A stretch of DNA of 63,297 bases, filler included, from Octopus bimaculoides (GCF_001194135.2; 10 parts of 8 records of this genome joined end to end with filler, not necessarily neighbours in it), one strand, 5' to 3'. Shown: positions 25,749 to 38,787, numbered from the whole stretch's first letter. The notes: generated by a model from the sequence alone, not told the origin. Translations and numbers: made by a program.

Positions 25749-25768
25749 ATTATTATAATCATTATTCA

Positions 25769-26295
25769 GGCGGCGAGCTGGCAGAATCATTAGCATGCTG
25801 GGGAAAAATCCTTAGCAGCATTTTGTCTGTCTTTACATTCTAAGTTAAAATTCCACCAAGGTTGACTTTGTCTTTCATCCTTTTGGGGTCAATAAATTAA
25901 GTACCAGTGAAAGATTGGGGTCCATGCAATTGATTAATCTCCTCCCCCACAAAATTTGAGGCCTTGTGCCTTCAGTAGAAAGGATTATTATTATTTTCAT
26001 TATTATTATTATTGCAGTGAGCTGGCAGAATCATTAGCACACCAGGCAAAATGCTGCTAAGCATTTTGCCTGCCTTTGCATTCTGAGTTCAAATTCCACC
26101 AAGGTCATCTTTGCCTTTCATCCTTTCAGGATTGATGAAATAAGTACCAGTTGAGCACTGGGGGTCGATGTAATCAGCTACCTTCCGTTCCCCCAAAATT
26201 TCAGGTCGTGTGCTTGAATGAAAGAAAAATAAAATTGTTGTTGTTGTTAAGGTGGCAAGCTTGTTGTGTTGTTAGCACGTTGAACAAAATGGTGA
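25769..26295 (+). mobile_element. Three head-to-tail SINE family B copies
   Basis: gcgagctggcagaatcattagc heads at ~25772, ~26014 and a degenerate one at ~26250, separated by (TTA)n or (GTT)n. Confidence 0.85.
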
Positions 26296-27374
26296 GTGGT
26301 ATTTCGTGTTGTTGAATTAAATGAAAAACAGAGAGACAGAGAAAGCACCGAGTATTAAAAATTGTGTAATACGTGTAAAAGAGTTGCTATAAAGGAGATT
26401 TATGGATAAATGCATGGGTGATGCTTGATTGGTGAAAAAATGGCTTGTACTGATAGTGGCAGATATCTATGATAGAAGATAGAGTGAGATGTGGGAAAAC
26501 TCGGTGAAGTCAGGTCTGAGGCCATATCTTGTGATGACACATAAAATGATGTTTAATAAAAGGTTATAATTGGAGAGTGAGCGAGTAGTTGGTTACAGCA
26601 TTTATAGAGTATTAAGTCAATTGTTAGCCACAGGGAATTAATTATAAGTTGTTGAAATGTAATATCAGGTTAATGTAGTTTTAGTAAGCTAATGTATTAT
26701 AATAATAAAGTAACACACACATAACATTGATAAGTTTTTATATGAGAGATCTGTCGTTGCTTGAATTGGTCAACTTAGCTCTAGTGTAAATATTGTCAAT
26801 TCTAGATGAATCAGTTTGGGAACCTCTGTGTGGTTATTCAGTTTGCTAGAAATGGCAGTAAATTTCCTTAGAAAACCAGAGACTGGGCAATGTAGGCCTG
26901 GGTACACTACAACTGAAAATAAGATTGGAAGGCCATGACTGGGACATCATTGAGCACAGGCTTGCACGATGGATGCTGACTTGAGGTTAAACATTGATAC
27001 CAACAACTCTAAAGGTTGATCATGATGAAATCTGAAATTAGAATCTACCACAATCAACTTTTAGATTTATCGGTGGTGTCAGCATTTCATCAGACAGGTT
27101 TATGATCAAAGATGTTCCCATTGTGAACTGCCTGTCTTTTTTCAGACATAGTGTATCAAGGTCTTTATTATCCAATGGTTTATTTTATTTTTATTTTTTA
27201 GACAATAGGGTGTAATTGAGGACAATTTCCTGCTGTTCCTAGCAGGTTAAACAAGCATGTAAAGAAGTTCTTCAGTTGATTTGTCTACAATTGATAACAT
27301 ATGTATCACTGAATCAATGAATGGCAACCCTCTTTGTATAAAAGCTTATCTGTGTGATGTGTGTGTGTGTGTGC

Positions 27375-27407
<33 letters not shown>

Positions 27408-28140
27408 CCATGCTAGCATGGAAAACGGACGTTAAACGATGATGATGATGATATATATATATATTAACTAACTAAAAGTACATTAACCTTGTTATAGTTC
27501 TGCAGCTTATCTTTATCATTAATTCCCTGCAGCTAAAGATTGACTTAATTAATAATACTTTATCAGTACTTTAACTAACCACTCTCACCCAATTATAAGC
27601 TTTCATTAAATACTATGTAATTGTAAACAATAGTGCAAGAGTTAAATTACATAGTTCACTGTGTCTCAGGCTTCTTAACCTAGCTAAACCAGATTTGTTG
27701 CTTGCTCTTATAGTTTGTGTGTATATTTCTTCCACAGCTTATGCATCTTCTGGTGTGTGTGTGTGTGTATGTGTCTATGCATGTCTGTTACTTCCTTGCT
27801 CATCCATATTACTCTGTTTCTATGCTCATATCTCTCTGTGTGTTTGTCTCTCTTTGTTTCCTTGCTCATCTCTCTCTCTCTCTCTCTCTTTATTTCCTTG
27901 CTCATCCCTGTTTGGGCCTTGTGCCTAGAGCAGAAAATAATATGCTTGTACAAGGCGCCATGTAGCTGGATTGAACCAAAGACCACATACATGGTCAGAA
28001 TGCAAGCTTTTAGACCACTCGGCTACGCCATGATGATCTTTACTCCATTTGGCTGCCATACTCTCAGTTTTGTGTGGAAACAATACAGCTGAGTGCATAC
28101 CAAAAACCAGAACATATTTATTGTAGAACTGATGATGATG

Positions 28141-29180
28141 ATGTTCAAATGACTTATGGTTTGTTTAGTTCCAGCCTGAAATGACAGGAATTACTTAAAG
28201 ATCACGTTTGTTCTCTACAGAATATTTTTGAAACCAGGAAGGCTGACAAATTTGAATGTATCAAGCATTTTGAATCTCACCATACCACCATTCCACTAAC
28301 ATTGCAAGATCTTTTAGTGCTTAATTTAACAGCCAAGACAAGGAATGAAATGAGTGGAATGTTAATGTATCTAAAAGGTTTCATTTGTATATTAATGTTG
28401 ACTGTTTAGTATAAAGTTCTGGCTCCAATAGATATTTACATTAATGTCAGTCAAAGCGAGATGTTACGTTGGATGTAGAGGAGACATCTTAACATTGAAA
28501 TTCTCCTTGAAGATTTGATGAAATTATGAAACAAGTGGAAAAACATCTGGAACGAACCCAAAGAGTTGAAATAGAAACCAACCTTTCCCATTCGTATGGA
28601 GGCATGAGTCAAAAGAGAAGGCTACGATGATGACACAACACCCCGATGCCAACCTGCCAGAAATGACTGGCATAGTTCACTCGCCACTAGAGACCTACTT
28701 CTGAAAAGCCATGTTTTATGTCTTGATTGATAATGTTATTAGAGGATTAACTGTGTGTTAATCCTGTAATAATGCTGTTAAGCGGTTGGCTGATAATTTC
28801 GATTTCTTGTGGAAAATATCTCACAATGTCTGAAAGTGAGTTTAAAAAAGGAAATAAATAAAAAGTGAAAGGAATTGATTCACTGAAGACTTTGAAAAGA
28901 AAGCAAGTGTTAGAGAAAAACTACAACTGAAGCCTTAAAAATTGCTAGATTTTTTTGGCTGACTACAAACTTCATGTTTGGGAATATTCATTAAAATTTT
29001 AACTAGAATCACTTTAGCTCAACATGTAAAACTTTTTCAAGGTCTTCCTGACTCAAACTCAGCTTATTGATTTGGTAAGACTCAGTATTGAATTAAGCAA
29101 TGCTGGAGAAATTGATTTTGATTGTGTTATTAGAAATTTTGCAGATAAAATATTTGAAAAGCTCATTTTATTAGCAGATT
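28141..29180 (+). mobile_element. hAT-superfamily transposase pseudogene remnant
   Basis: Degraded peptides LQDLLVLNLTAKTRNEMSGMLMYL, NIEILLEDLMKL*NKWKNIWNE and a C-terminal dimerisation-like TQTQLIDLVRLSIELSNAGEIDFDCVIRNFADK. Confidence 0.75.
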
Positions 29181-29569
29181 AGGCTTATCATTGTTCTGTA
29201 TATAAAGTATATTGTTATCTGGTCATTCTGGTGCGCTGGGAATAAAGCATTTATGAAAGTTTACCAGTGGTTATATTTCAGATAGCCAGAGATTAGCCAT
29301 CATGTTCAATTATGCTTTCATAATCATACATCAAAAGCTGTCGATTATTTTTGATATTTTTATCATAACCATAATTTTCACAAAGGAGGAAAGAACTACA
29401 ACTTTAAAATGTAAAGTTGTACTGTTATCATCATTGAAATAACTTAATTGAGCATCTAAAGTCCATTTGTACATTAAATCCTCAATTTTGAGGAGAGGAC
29501 CCCACCACCTCAAGGGGACTGAAAAGAAACAAAACAATCTTGTTCTGCCTTGTGGAATTTCTCTTTGAG

Positions 29570-29794
29570 GCTATACTTCCAGCATCAACTAATCACCCAT
29601 TACTACCTCCATTGAGTAATTATCCATCATTACCTCCAGCACCTACTCTTCTCTCTTCCTTGCCTCTACCACCAACTAATCTCCCATCACTACCTCCAGC
29701 ATCAACTGATCTCTCATTCCTGTCTCTACCATCAACCTGTCACATATCACAACCTCCAGTACCAACTCATTACCCATCCCTGACAACATCTTAG
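29570..29794 (+). repeat. 30-bp degenerate in-frame repeat (LPPASTNLPS-like x7); possible terminal exon
   Basis: The frame stays open through seven units, with a candidate acceptor ctctttgAG|G at 29568-29569 and stop TAG at 29792-29794. No recognisable homology. Confidence 0.4.
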
Positions 29795-31341
29795 AGTACT
29801 TTAAAATTTCTATTTTATATATGTAATATTTGTATTTGTATACATGACCATACTTTGGTTAAGTTACTATGGCACTTTACATATATACCTAGGAAACAAC
29901 ATTTTATGTTGAGCCAACACAGGTGTCTGATTGTGGTTGCATGATCTGCTGGAAGTGGCAGCCAAACCTTTCCTTAATTCACATTCCACTTTCATGGAAG
30001 AAAAAAAGAAAAAGAGATAGTGGCATATGAAATAGTATTGTCTTGGATTCACTGAGTCTTAAAATAAGATGGGATGGTCACAGCTGGAACACCTTTGACC
30101 ATTAGTTTGTCAACTCAAATCAAGGTATGACCAGGGGCTATAAACATCACTTGTTATTCCTCACCAACATTACACATTTTCCAGTCACACCACCACCAGT
30201 GCCAATGTAATGATGCATCAACATCCATTATCTTTTTTCTCTGCCAAAGAGTCAAAATCATTCTGCGATCCTGCTTCCTCCGAAATTTTATTATCTTTTT
30301 AGGTATGACATGCATTTTGCTGTTGACCCAGTTTAGCTCTGATTAAAAATGTCCCAGCTGTAATGTCATGTCTTTTTGTCTATTCAAGACTATATTTTCT
30401 CGATACGTTTTCCCTCTTTTTTTATTTTTATTTTGTTGATAAAATAAGTACCAGTTAAACAGTAAAATTGCTGTAATTTACTTCACTCTCCATTCAAAAC
30501 CGTTAGCTTTGTGGCAAAAAACAGAAAGAATTATTATTATTACTTTCTTAAAGATGACAAAGTGATTTGAGGGAGATTTGGCAGCTATTTCTNNNNNNNN
30601 NNNNNNNNNNNNNNNNNNNNNNNNNNNNNNNNNNNNNNNNNNNNNNNNNNNNNNNNNNNNNNNNNNNNNNNNNNNNNNNNNNNNNNNNNNNNNNNNNNNN
30701 NNNNNNNNNNNNNNNNNNNNNNNNNNNNNNNNNNNNNNNNNNNNNNNNNNNNNNNNNNNNNNNNNNNNNNNNNNNNNNNNNNNNNNNNNNNNNNNNNNNN
30801 NNNNNNNNNNNNNNNNNNNNNNNNNNNNNNNNNNNNNNNNNNNNNNNNNNNNNNNNNNNNNNNNNNNNNNNNNNNNNNNNNNNNNNNNNNNNNNNNNNNN
30901 NNNNNNNNNNNNNNNNNNNNNNNNNNNNNNNNNNNNNNNNNNNNNNNNNNNNNNNNNNNNNNNNNNNNNNNNNNNNNNNNNNNNNNNNNNNNNNNNNNNN
31001 NNNNNNNNNNNNNNNNNNNNNNNNNNNNNNNNNNNNNNNNNNNNNNNNNNNNNNNNNNNNNNNNNNNNNNNNNNNNNNNNNNNNNNNNNNNNNNNNNNNN
31101 NNNNNNNNNNNNNNNNNNNNNNNNNNNCTCTTCTTCTAAGTCGCATTGATTTTAAACAAGAATTTATTTGAACTACAATGAAATTTATAACTAAATCTGC
31201 AATTAGAGACAGTCGTGGGCGGTGGAAAGAAAAAGCGATGGTTGCATGTTAATTGACTCAGATAGAAAATCACCTTCGGTAAGTCCGACATTTTATTTTT
31301 AACTGAAAGCAGACGATAAAGTTTGTTGGGCGAAGGTAAAG

Positions 31342-31409
31342 AATACACACACCACCCGTTTTTAGGGTTTAGAGTTAGGGTTACACCGAAAACGGGTGGT
31401 GTGCGTATT
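31342..31409. repeat. 21-bp hairpin with a telomere-like loop
   Basis: aatacacacaccacccgtttt / aaaacgggtggtgtgcgtatt match at 20/21; loop tagggtttagagttagggttacaccg. Confidence 0.85.
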
Positions 31410-32218
31410 TTTTGATTTCCGCCGTTCGTTGGCTTAAAATCTTCCCTAGAAGATTCTATTACAATTTCTTTCTTATGTACGAAGTTTTTTCTAGCAATAT
31501 TATATCATTGTCAGGCACTAGACTGATACTTTATTTTTAATTTATTTCTTTGAGGAAAAACTGATACCGACCCCCCCCCTAAATACTTGCCTTTCTGTCA
31601 CTTTTAACTGAGTTGTATTGAGAATCTGTAAGTAAGATTCGACCTGTGTTGTTTTCCACAACCAGTTTCTTAATTACAAAATTAAACTTCAGTTTTGGTG
31701 AAATATGTTTGATTAATTTTCAGAAAAATCACTCCCGCTCTTGTTTTAAACAAAGATTTAATTATGATATAGTGGAATTTGTAATTTGGTGAGCTAAAGT
31801 TGTATTATTTGGTGTTATATTGTTTATATTACTGTTGTTTGATTGTTGTAGTGTTCTCTGAACACTCTTGTTTGTGTTGTCTTGGGGCAGTTTGTTTGTA
31901 CTTTCCCTCCTTATAGAGGAAGGTAAGCCATGTGAAAATGTTAAAAAATATCAGCGACTCAGATATCAGCTGCTCAGAACTGTCCTCTTCGGAACAGAGC
32001 AATCAGATACTTCGTGGAGTAAGATGGAAAAACGGGCGAGAGAAGATAGAAACTTTGCGGAGATTGCAAAGATTAAAGAACATCGAATGGAATGGGATGA
32101 ATGGAAAAAGTTAATCAAAAATAAGGCGTGAAGGAACNNNNNNNNNNNNNNNNNNNNNNNNNNNNNNNNNNNNNNNNNNNNTTAATTAATTAANNNNNNN
32201 NNNNNNNNNNNNNNNNNN

Positions 32219-33545
32219 NNNNNNNNNNNNNNNNNNNTACAGTGAACATCAGAAGAGGAATATTTCAGGGAGAAAGTATCACCACTCTTTTTTGTGTTGA
32301 TACTTATACCTCTGTCGATGATTTGAGAAATGGTAAAACTGGATATAATTTGGGAATTTGAGTGGAAGTGATTAACCGTCTACAATACATGGACGTTTTA
32401 TAAGAAAAATCAAGATGAACTTGGCACATTTGTGAACACAGTAAGTATTTTCAGTTGTAACATACGCATGGAATTTAGCATGAATAAATGTATTATTTGG
32501 TACTAAAGATGGGGAAGATAAAGCTGAGACGAAGACTAGAAGTCAAATAAGCCACAAAAATTTTGACGAATTTTAGAATCAGATACCAATAAAAACTGAG
32601 AAATGAAGGAAACCATTCCGAAGGAGCAGTTCAGAAGGATCAAGTTGATACTGAAATTTATGTTGAATTCTAGAAATATTGTAAAATTAAACAAGTAAAG
32701 CAAAGTTATATGGAAAAACATTTGCACACTCAGTTCATGAAAAACAGAGGCAGAAGACACTTGAAATTGGTTGAAAAGGAGAATTCTCAATAAAGAGACA
32801 AAGATTAATCATGGCAACTCAGGATCAAGCCTTCTGGACAAATAGTAGAAATGTAAAACAGAAGTTAATGTATCACCATTTTTCAGATTGTGCGATGAAC
32901 GAGAAGAAACAGTGACCCACATAGTTAGTAAATGTTCCAAACGCGCCCAAAAACGGTACAAATCTTGGAGACATGAAAATATTCCAAAGATTATCTACTG
33001 GGAAATGGACCAAAACTATGGACTTCCATCAGGACATAAAGTGGCATGAACATATATCTGAAAAATAACTCAGAGTTATGAAGTAAAACTTACCTGGGAG
33101 TTTCTCATCCAAAAGGATCATGTGCTAGACCGTAACAGACCAGATATCTTGGTGTTTGAGAAGATGGAACGTATTTTCTATTGAAGCATTTGCTACAAGA
33201 AAATAGAAATACATCAATAAGTTTGATATTTACCTGGACTTGAAGAGAGAGACATGCAGGGTGTGGAGAAGCTCAGAAAATGAGGTCGTACCAATTGTTA
33301 TTGGAGTCTTAGGAACAAAAGTGAAGGGGCTCAAGGAGTGGACCGAAAAGATTGGCTTGTAGAAGCACATAGACTAGGCTGCTTCTTAGGAACGGCGTAG
33401 ATCATTCGAAAGAATGGCTGAGGTAACAGGTGGCGGATTTGTTATCCAAAACTAAACCCTCTTAATATCAATCACGGTGGTGGTGTGAGAAACGAAATGT
33501 TTTGAAGTAATAATAATAATAATAATGATAATAATAATAACAANN
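32219..33545 (+). mobile_element. R4/Dong-like RLE non-LTR retrotransposon remnant ending in (AAT)n
   Basis: VNIRRGIFQG (RT), a CRLC-like CCHC region (DEREETVTHIVSKC), DRNRPDI-type RLE motif, VPIVIGVLGT and LLGTA, then (AAT)n at ~33508-33543. Heavily frameshifted. Confidence 0.8.
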
Positions 33546-33587
33546 NNNNNNNNNNNNNNNNNNNNNNNNNNNNNNNNNNNNNNNNNN

Positions 33588-33640
33588 AGAAGAAGAAGAA
33601 GAAGAAGAAGAAGAAGAAGAAGAAGAAGAAGAAGAAGAAA
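33588..33640. repeat. (AAG)n tract
   Basis: Seen directly. Confidence 0.95.
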
Positions 33641-33644
33641 GATA

Positions 33645-33850
33645 GTCCGATTTACTATAGGCACAAGGCCTGTAATTTGGGAAGAGGGGCATGGTCGATT
33701 AGATCTAACCAGTGCACAACTGGTACTTAATTTACCGTCCCCCAAAGCCCGATAAGTTGTAAGGCAAAGTCGACCTCGGTGGAATTTCAACTGAGAAGAC
33801 AATGACGGACAAATACCTGACGTGCTAATGATTCTAAACAGAATTGTTAG
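33645..33850 (-). mobile_element. SINE family B
   Basis: ggcaaagtcgacctcggtggaatttcaactgag and ctggtacttaattt. Confidence 0.8.
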
Positions 33851-33864
33851 CATTATTATTATTG

Positions 33865-34479
33865 AGTGAGAGAGCAAAACATGCCATCAAAGTGACACTG
33901 GGGTAAAATATACAAAGCCCAGTATACCCATCATGACTACCCGTCTGATAAGGGTACACCAGGCACATGCATCACAACCATATGTGTGCGACATGGTGAT
34001 CTCATATCAAGATAAACAGCACCAGACCTCGAAGGTGGGGGCCAGTAAGAATTTTCTTCAGATCGAGTAGCCCATCCTGCTCAAAAGGTCCCTGAATAAG
34101 GTTTGTTTAAGGATGTTGAGCAAAACACCCATGTTTCCAAAGGTGAATTATTCAAACTCCAAAGAATTCCTATCAGCACATGGATATGATGCTCCCCCAC
34201 TACTTCTGCTCATGATCAGAGATGCACATATCGTCAGCCATAAAGTGACATGCTCAACTGGTTAAGGTCAAACAACTGACAAGTAAATCTGTGGTATTAA
34301 GCAGAATATTTGCTGTAGTCCATCTTTTATACCAAGACAAAACGATGTANNNNNNNNNNAAGCAGAATATTTGCTGTAGTCCATCTTTTATACCAAGACA
34401 AAACGATGTACATGATAACACTTCCAATCAATTAAGATCAGAAGCCATGAGAGCCACCGCCTGATACTGCATCCGTGCA

Positions 34480-34480
<1 letters not shown>
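33865..34480 (-). mobile_element. Probable non-autonomous retroelement embedded in (TTA)n
   Basis: A ~600-bp, relatively GC-rich, non-coding block with (TTA)n on both sides. It resembles an octopus interspersed repeat as I recall it; only one full copy is in this window. Confidence 0.45.
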
Positions 34481-34513
<33 letters not shown>

Positions 34514-34702
34514 TTATTTTATGTTTGACNNNNNNNNNNNNNNNNNNNNNNNNNNNNNNNNNNNNNNNNNNNNTTAATTAATTAANNNNNNNNNNNNNNN
34601 NNNNNNNNNNNNNNNNNNNNNNNNNNNNNCCTCGAAAAGAAAAAACTCTACATTTGTATTTTGTCCCCTCTGTGTTGAGCCCTGTGTGGCTAATAAAGAA
34701 AC

Positions 34703-34734
<32 letters not shown>

Positions 34735-34791
34735 GTACCTATCTATCTTTCTGTCTGTCTATGTATCTGTCTACCTATCCACTTCACCCTC

Positions 34792-34836
<45 letters not shown>

Positions 34837-34849
34837 TAATCATAATCAT

Positions 34850-35150
34850 CTTCCTGATCATCATTTAACGTCCGTTTTCGATACTGGTATGGGTTGCACA
34901 GTTTTGGGGTTCTACACAGTTTTTGGGATCTGGCAAGCCAGAGAATTGCTCGAGGTTCCAGTCTAGTTTAGCTTGGGTTGGTCTCTAGCGCTGGATGCCC
35001 TTCCTAACAAAAAGAACCCACTTCAGAGTGTGTGATGGCTGCCTTTAGTGTGACACCAGCTTGAGCCCGCCTAGGTGCCGCCTCTATGCGTAATTTATAC
35101 GCGGCACCGGCAAAAGACACTTGCAGGCTAATTCTCTTTGTCAGGGTAGG
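34850..35150 (-). mobile_element. Short retroelement, family C
   Basis: catcatttaacgtccgttttcgatactggtatgggttg...gctggatgcccttcctaac. Confidence 0.7.
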
Positions 35151-35365
35151 GACCGTAATACTTCTGCTGAGGAGGTTGAGTATACCTCAGTAGCGTGCGT
35201 GTGTTTGTTTGTGTGTACACTCATAATTAGGGTTCTGGAATGTTAATATATTTCATAATTATGGTATCATTAGTTCGATAATTAAGCCTTGCGCGTGTGC
35301 GCTGACGCTCACAAAATCACACACATACAAAAATATACACACACATACACACACGGAAATGGAAA

Positions 35366-36145
35366 ATCGATTACATCGACCCCCAGGATTTGACTGATTC
35401 TTAATTCATTGACCCTTAAAGGATGGCGGACAAAGTGGACCTTGGTTGCATTTGAACTCAGAACGTAATGAGCCGGAAGAATTGTTGTTAATCATTTTGT
35501 CCGACTCATTAAATAACAATCCTTTCTACTCTAGGCACAAGGCCTACAATTTGGGTGGAAAGCAGAAAGTTTATATCATCTACTTCAGTATACAACAGGT
35601 ACCTATTCTATTGACCTCGGGAAGATGAAAGGTAAGGTGACCTCAGCAGAATTTGAACTCAGAACGTAAAGATCAAGAAGAGATGCCATAAGCATCTTGT
35701 TACGGTGAAGATTCTCCCAGGTTTCCACCTTCATTTTAATAAGAATTTCAAATTTTGGTAGAAAGCCAATAGGCTTAGGGAGGGGGCTATATCGATTATT
35801 TCGACACCAGATCTCAGGGGATTTTTATCTTATCGACTCTCAAGAAGATGAAAGACAATGTCAATATCAGTGGGATTTGAACACAAAACGTAAAGACGGA
35901 CGAAATGCGTGTAAGCGTTTTGTCCGGTGTGCTAACGATTCTGTCAGGTCGCCGTATTACATCACCAGAATAATATTTTTTCTTGTCTACTCTAGGCACA
36001 AGGCTGGAAATTTTTCGGAGAGGGGACCAGTCGATTAGATCGACCCAAGTACGCAACTGGTACTTAATTTATCGACTCCGAAAGGAGGAAAAGTAAAGTC
36101 GACCTCGGTGGAATTTGAACTCAGAACGTAAAGACAGACGAATGA
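35366..36145 (-). mobile_element. Cluster of about four tandem SINE family B copies
   Basis: Repeated aaagtcgacctcg...gaatttgaactcagaacgtaaag near 35430-35470, 35625-35670, 35850-35900 and 36090-36135. Confidence 0.85.
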
Positions 36146-36277
36146 CCAGAATAATATTAATAACAATAATGGGCTTAGTGTATACAATATTCACCGTAAC
36201 CACAACTCAACCGAAAAGGGATGTGTGTGTATGTGTGTGTGTATGCGTGTGTATGTGTGTATTCTTGTGTTCGTTTA

Positions 36278-36530
36278 CTTGCTTCACTTATTTCAGTGCG
36301 GCCATGCTGGAGTACAACCTTGAAGTATTTTAATCGAACAAATCGACCTTAGAACTTTTTTGTTTTAGGTAAAAAGAAAAAAAAAATAGAACGTGTTCTT
36401 TCGGTCTATTTTGCCGAACCGCTAAGTTACGAGGTGTCCACACACGAATGCCGATTGTTAAGCGGTGATAAAGAGAAAACAAAAAACTCAGAAACATATG
36501 CATACACACACGCACAAACATAAGCATACA
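36278..36530 (-). mobile_element. SINE family A 3' body
   Basis: gccatgctggag...gccgaaccgctaagttacg. Confidence 0.8.
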
Positions 36531-36662
36531 NNNNNNNNNNNNNNNNNNNNNNNNNNNNNNNNNNNNNNNNNNNNTTAATTAATTAANNNNNNNNNNNNNN
36601 NNNNNNNNNNNNNNNNNNNNNNNNNNNNNNCAGGTGGAATATTTGGGTTGGATGAGGCTGGT

Positions 36663-36838
36663 TTAACCCTTTAGCATTCAAATTACTCTCTCAAATGTTA
36701 TATTTATTCACTTTGTTTTGAATTAATCATGTATTATCATGAGACTTTGAGATTTCAATGATGAAATAGTTTATTTTAAGAATGACATTGTAGGAGAGGT
36801 GTGAGAGGTCAGATCTGGTCTGTTTGAATACTAAAAGG
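36663..36838. mobile_element. piggyBac-like MITE, one end
   Basis: TTAA followed by CCCTTTAGCATT; the interior is the inverted homolog of 49500-49690. Confidence 0.7.
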
Positions 36839-37254
36839 TCAACAATGGTATACTGGAAGGAATTATGGAAAAAATTAAAATAGCATAATTTATTATTCCA
36901 GTTTTGAAGCAGGATTTTTTATTGTGCCCTTAAAATGGAGCAGTGGGCAGCTTTGGTGCTTAGTGCCAGAGTTAAGCTGACCATAATAGAGGGCTTTAGG
37001 TAATAAGAGTCTTCCATATATGCCAAATGACCGATCCACCTCAGTTTCACACTTTCATAAGGAGTCTCTCTATACCTACAGTGTCAGATACATACAGCTA
37101 TGTATTGTAACCAGTATTGGTTTGTTTATGCTCCTGTAACTTTGCAGTTTGGCAAAAGAGATTGATAGTACGCCAAACTATAAAAAAAGAGTATCCCAAT
37201 CATGGTTGCAATTCAATGACTGAAAGAAATAAAGATAAAAAGATAGCTGGAGGT

Positions 37255-38445
37255 GTGGGTGTGTGGTAAGAAGCTTGCTTCCCAACCATATGGTTCCGGG
37301 TTCAGNNNNNNNNNNNNNNNNNNNNNNNNNNNNNNNNNNNNNNNNNNNNNNNNNNNNNNNNNNNNNNNNNNNNNNNNNNNNNNNNNNNNNNNNNNNNNNN
37401 NNNNNNNNNNNNNNNNNNNNNNNNNNNNNNNNNNNNNNNNNNNNNNNNNNNNNNNNNNNNNNNNNNNNNNNNNNNNNNNNNNNNNNNNNNNNNNNNNNNN
37501 NNNNNNNNNNNNNNNNNNNNNNNNNNNNNNNNNNNNNNNNNNNNNNNNNNNNNNNNNNNNNNNNNNNNNNNNNNNNNNNNNNNNNNNNNNNNNNNNNNNN
37601 NNNNNNNNNNNNNNNNNNNNNNNNNNNNNNNNNNNNNNNNNNNNNNNNNNNNNNNNNNNNNNNNNNNNNNNNNNNNNNNNNNNNNNNNNNNNNNNNNNNN
37701 NNNNNNNNNNNNNNNNNNNNNNNNNNNNNNNNNNNNNNNNNNNNNNNNNNNNNNNNNNNNNNNNNNNNNNNNNNNNNNNNNNNNNNNNNNNNNNNNNNNN
37801 NNNNNNNNNNNNNNNNNNNNNNNNNNNNNNNNNNNNNNNNNNNNNNNNNNNNNNNNNNNNNNNNNNNNNNNNNNNNNNNNNNNNNNNNNNNNNNNNNNNN
37901 NNNNNNNNNNNNNNNNNNNNNNNNNNNNNNNNNNNNNNNNNNNNNNNNNNNNNNNNNNNNNNNNNNNNNNNNNNNNNNNNNNNNNNNNNNNNNNNNNNNN
38001 NNNNNNNNNNNNNNNNNNNNNNNNNNNNNNNNNNNNNNNNNNNNNNNNNNNNNNNNNNNNNNNNNNNNNNNNNNNNNNNNNNNNNNNNNNNNNNNNNNNN
38101 NNNNNNNNNNNNNNNNNNNNNNNNNNNNNNNNNNNNNNNNNNNNNNNNNNNNNNNNNNNNNNNNNNNNNNNNNNNNNNNNNNNNNNNNNNNNNNNNNNNN
38201 NNNNNNNNNNNNNNNNNNNNNNNNNNNNNNNNGTGTGTGTGGTTGTTCCCCCACCATCGCTGGACAACTGATGTTGGTGCATTTATGTCTCCGTAACTTA
38301 GCAGTTCAGCAAAAGAGACTGACAGGATAAGTACTAGGCTTACAAAGAATAAGTGCTGGCAATGATTTCTTTGAGTAAAAACCCTTTAAGGTCGTGCCCC
38401 AGCATGGCCACAGTCACAACATGATTGAAACATGTAAAAGAATAA
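37255..38445 (+). mobile_element. SINE family A spanning a ~930-N gap
   Basis: The head (37255-37305) precedes the gap and the 3' body (38233-38445) follows it in the same orientation. Confidence 0.7.
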
Positions 38446-38744
38446 AAGGAAAGAAATGGATCTGGCTTACTTGATGTCTCTGATGCAGTAACCTGGTCCT
38501 GCCCAGTATTTGTAGTGGTTGTTTTCACAATCCTCGCATTTACCTGGAGACAGGGAAACAGAAGAAAGAAAATTTATCATCTATTTAGATATCATCATCA
38601 TCATCATTGTCATCATCATATCTTTGATATCATTACCATGATCANNNNNNNNNNNNNNNNNNNNNNNNNNNNNNNNNNNNNNNNNNNNTTAATTAATTAA
38701 NNNNNNNNNNNNNNNNNNNNNNNNNNNNNNNNNNNNNNNNNNNN

Positions 38745-38784
<40 letters not shown>

Positions 38785-38787
<3 letters not shown>

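Noticed and set aside
31868-32131. Charged ORF next to the R4-like LINE
   Set aside because: It is separated from the LINE by a linker gap and has no recognisable domain.
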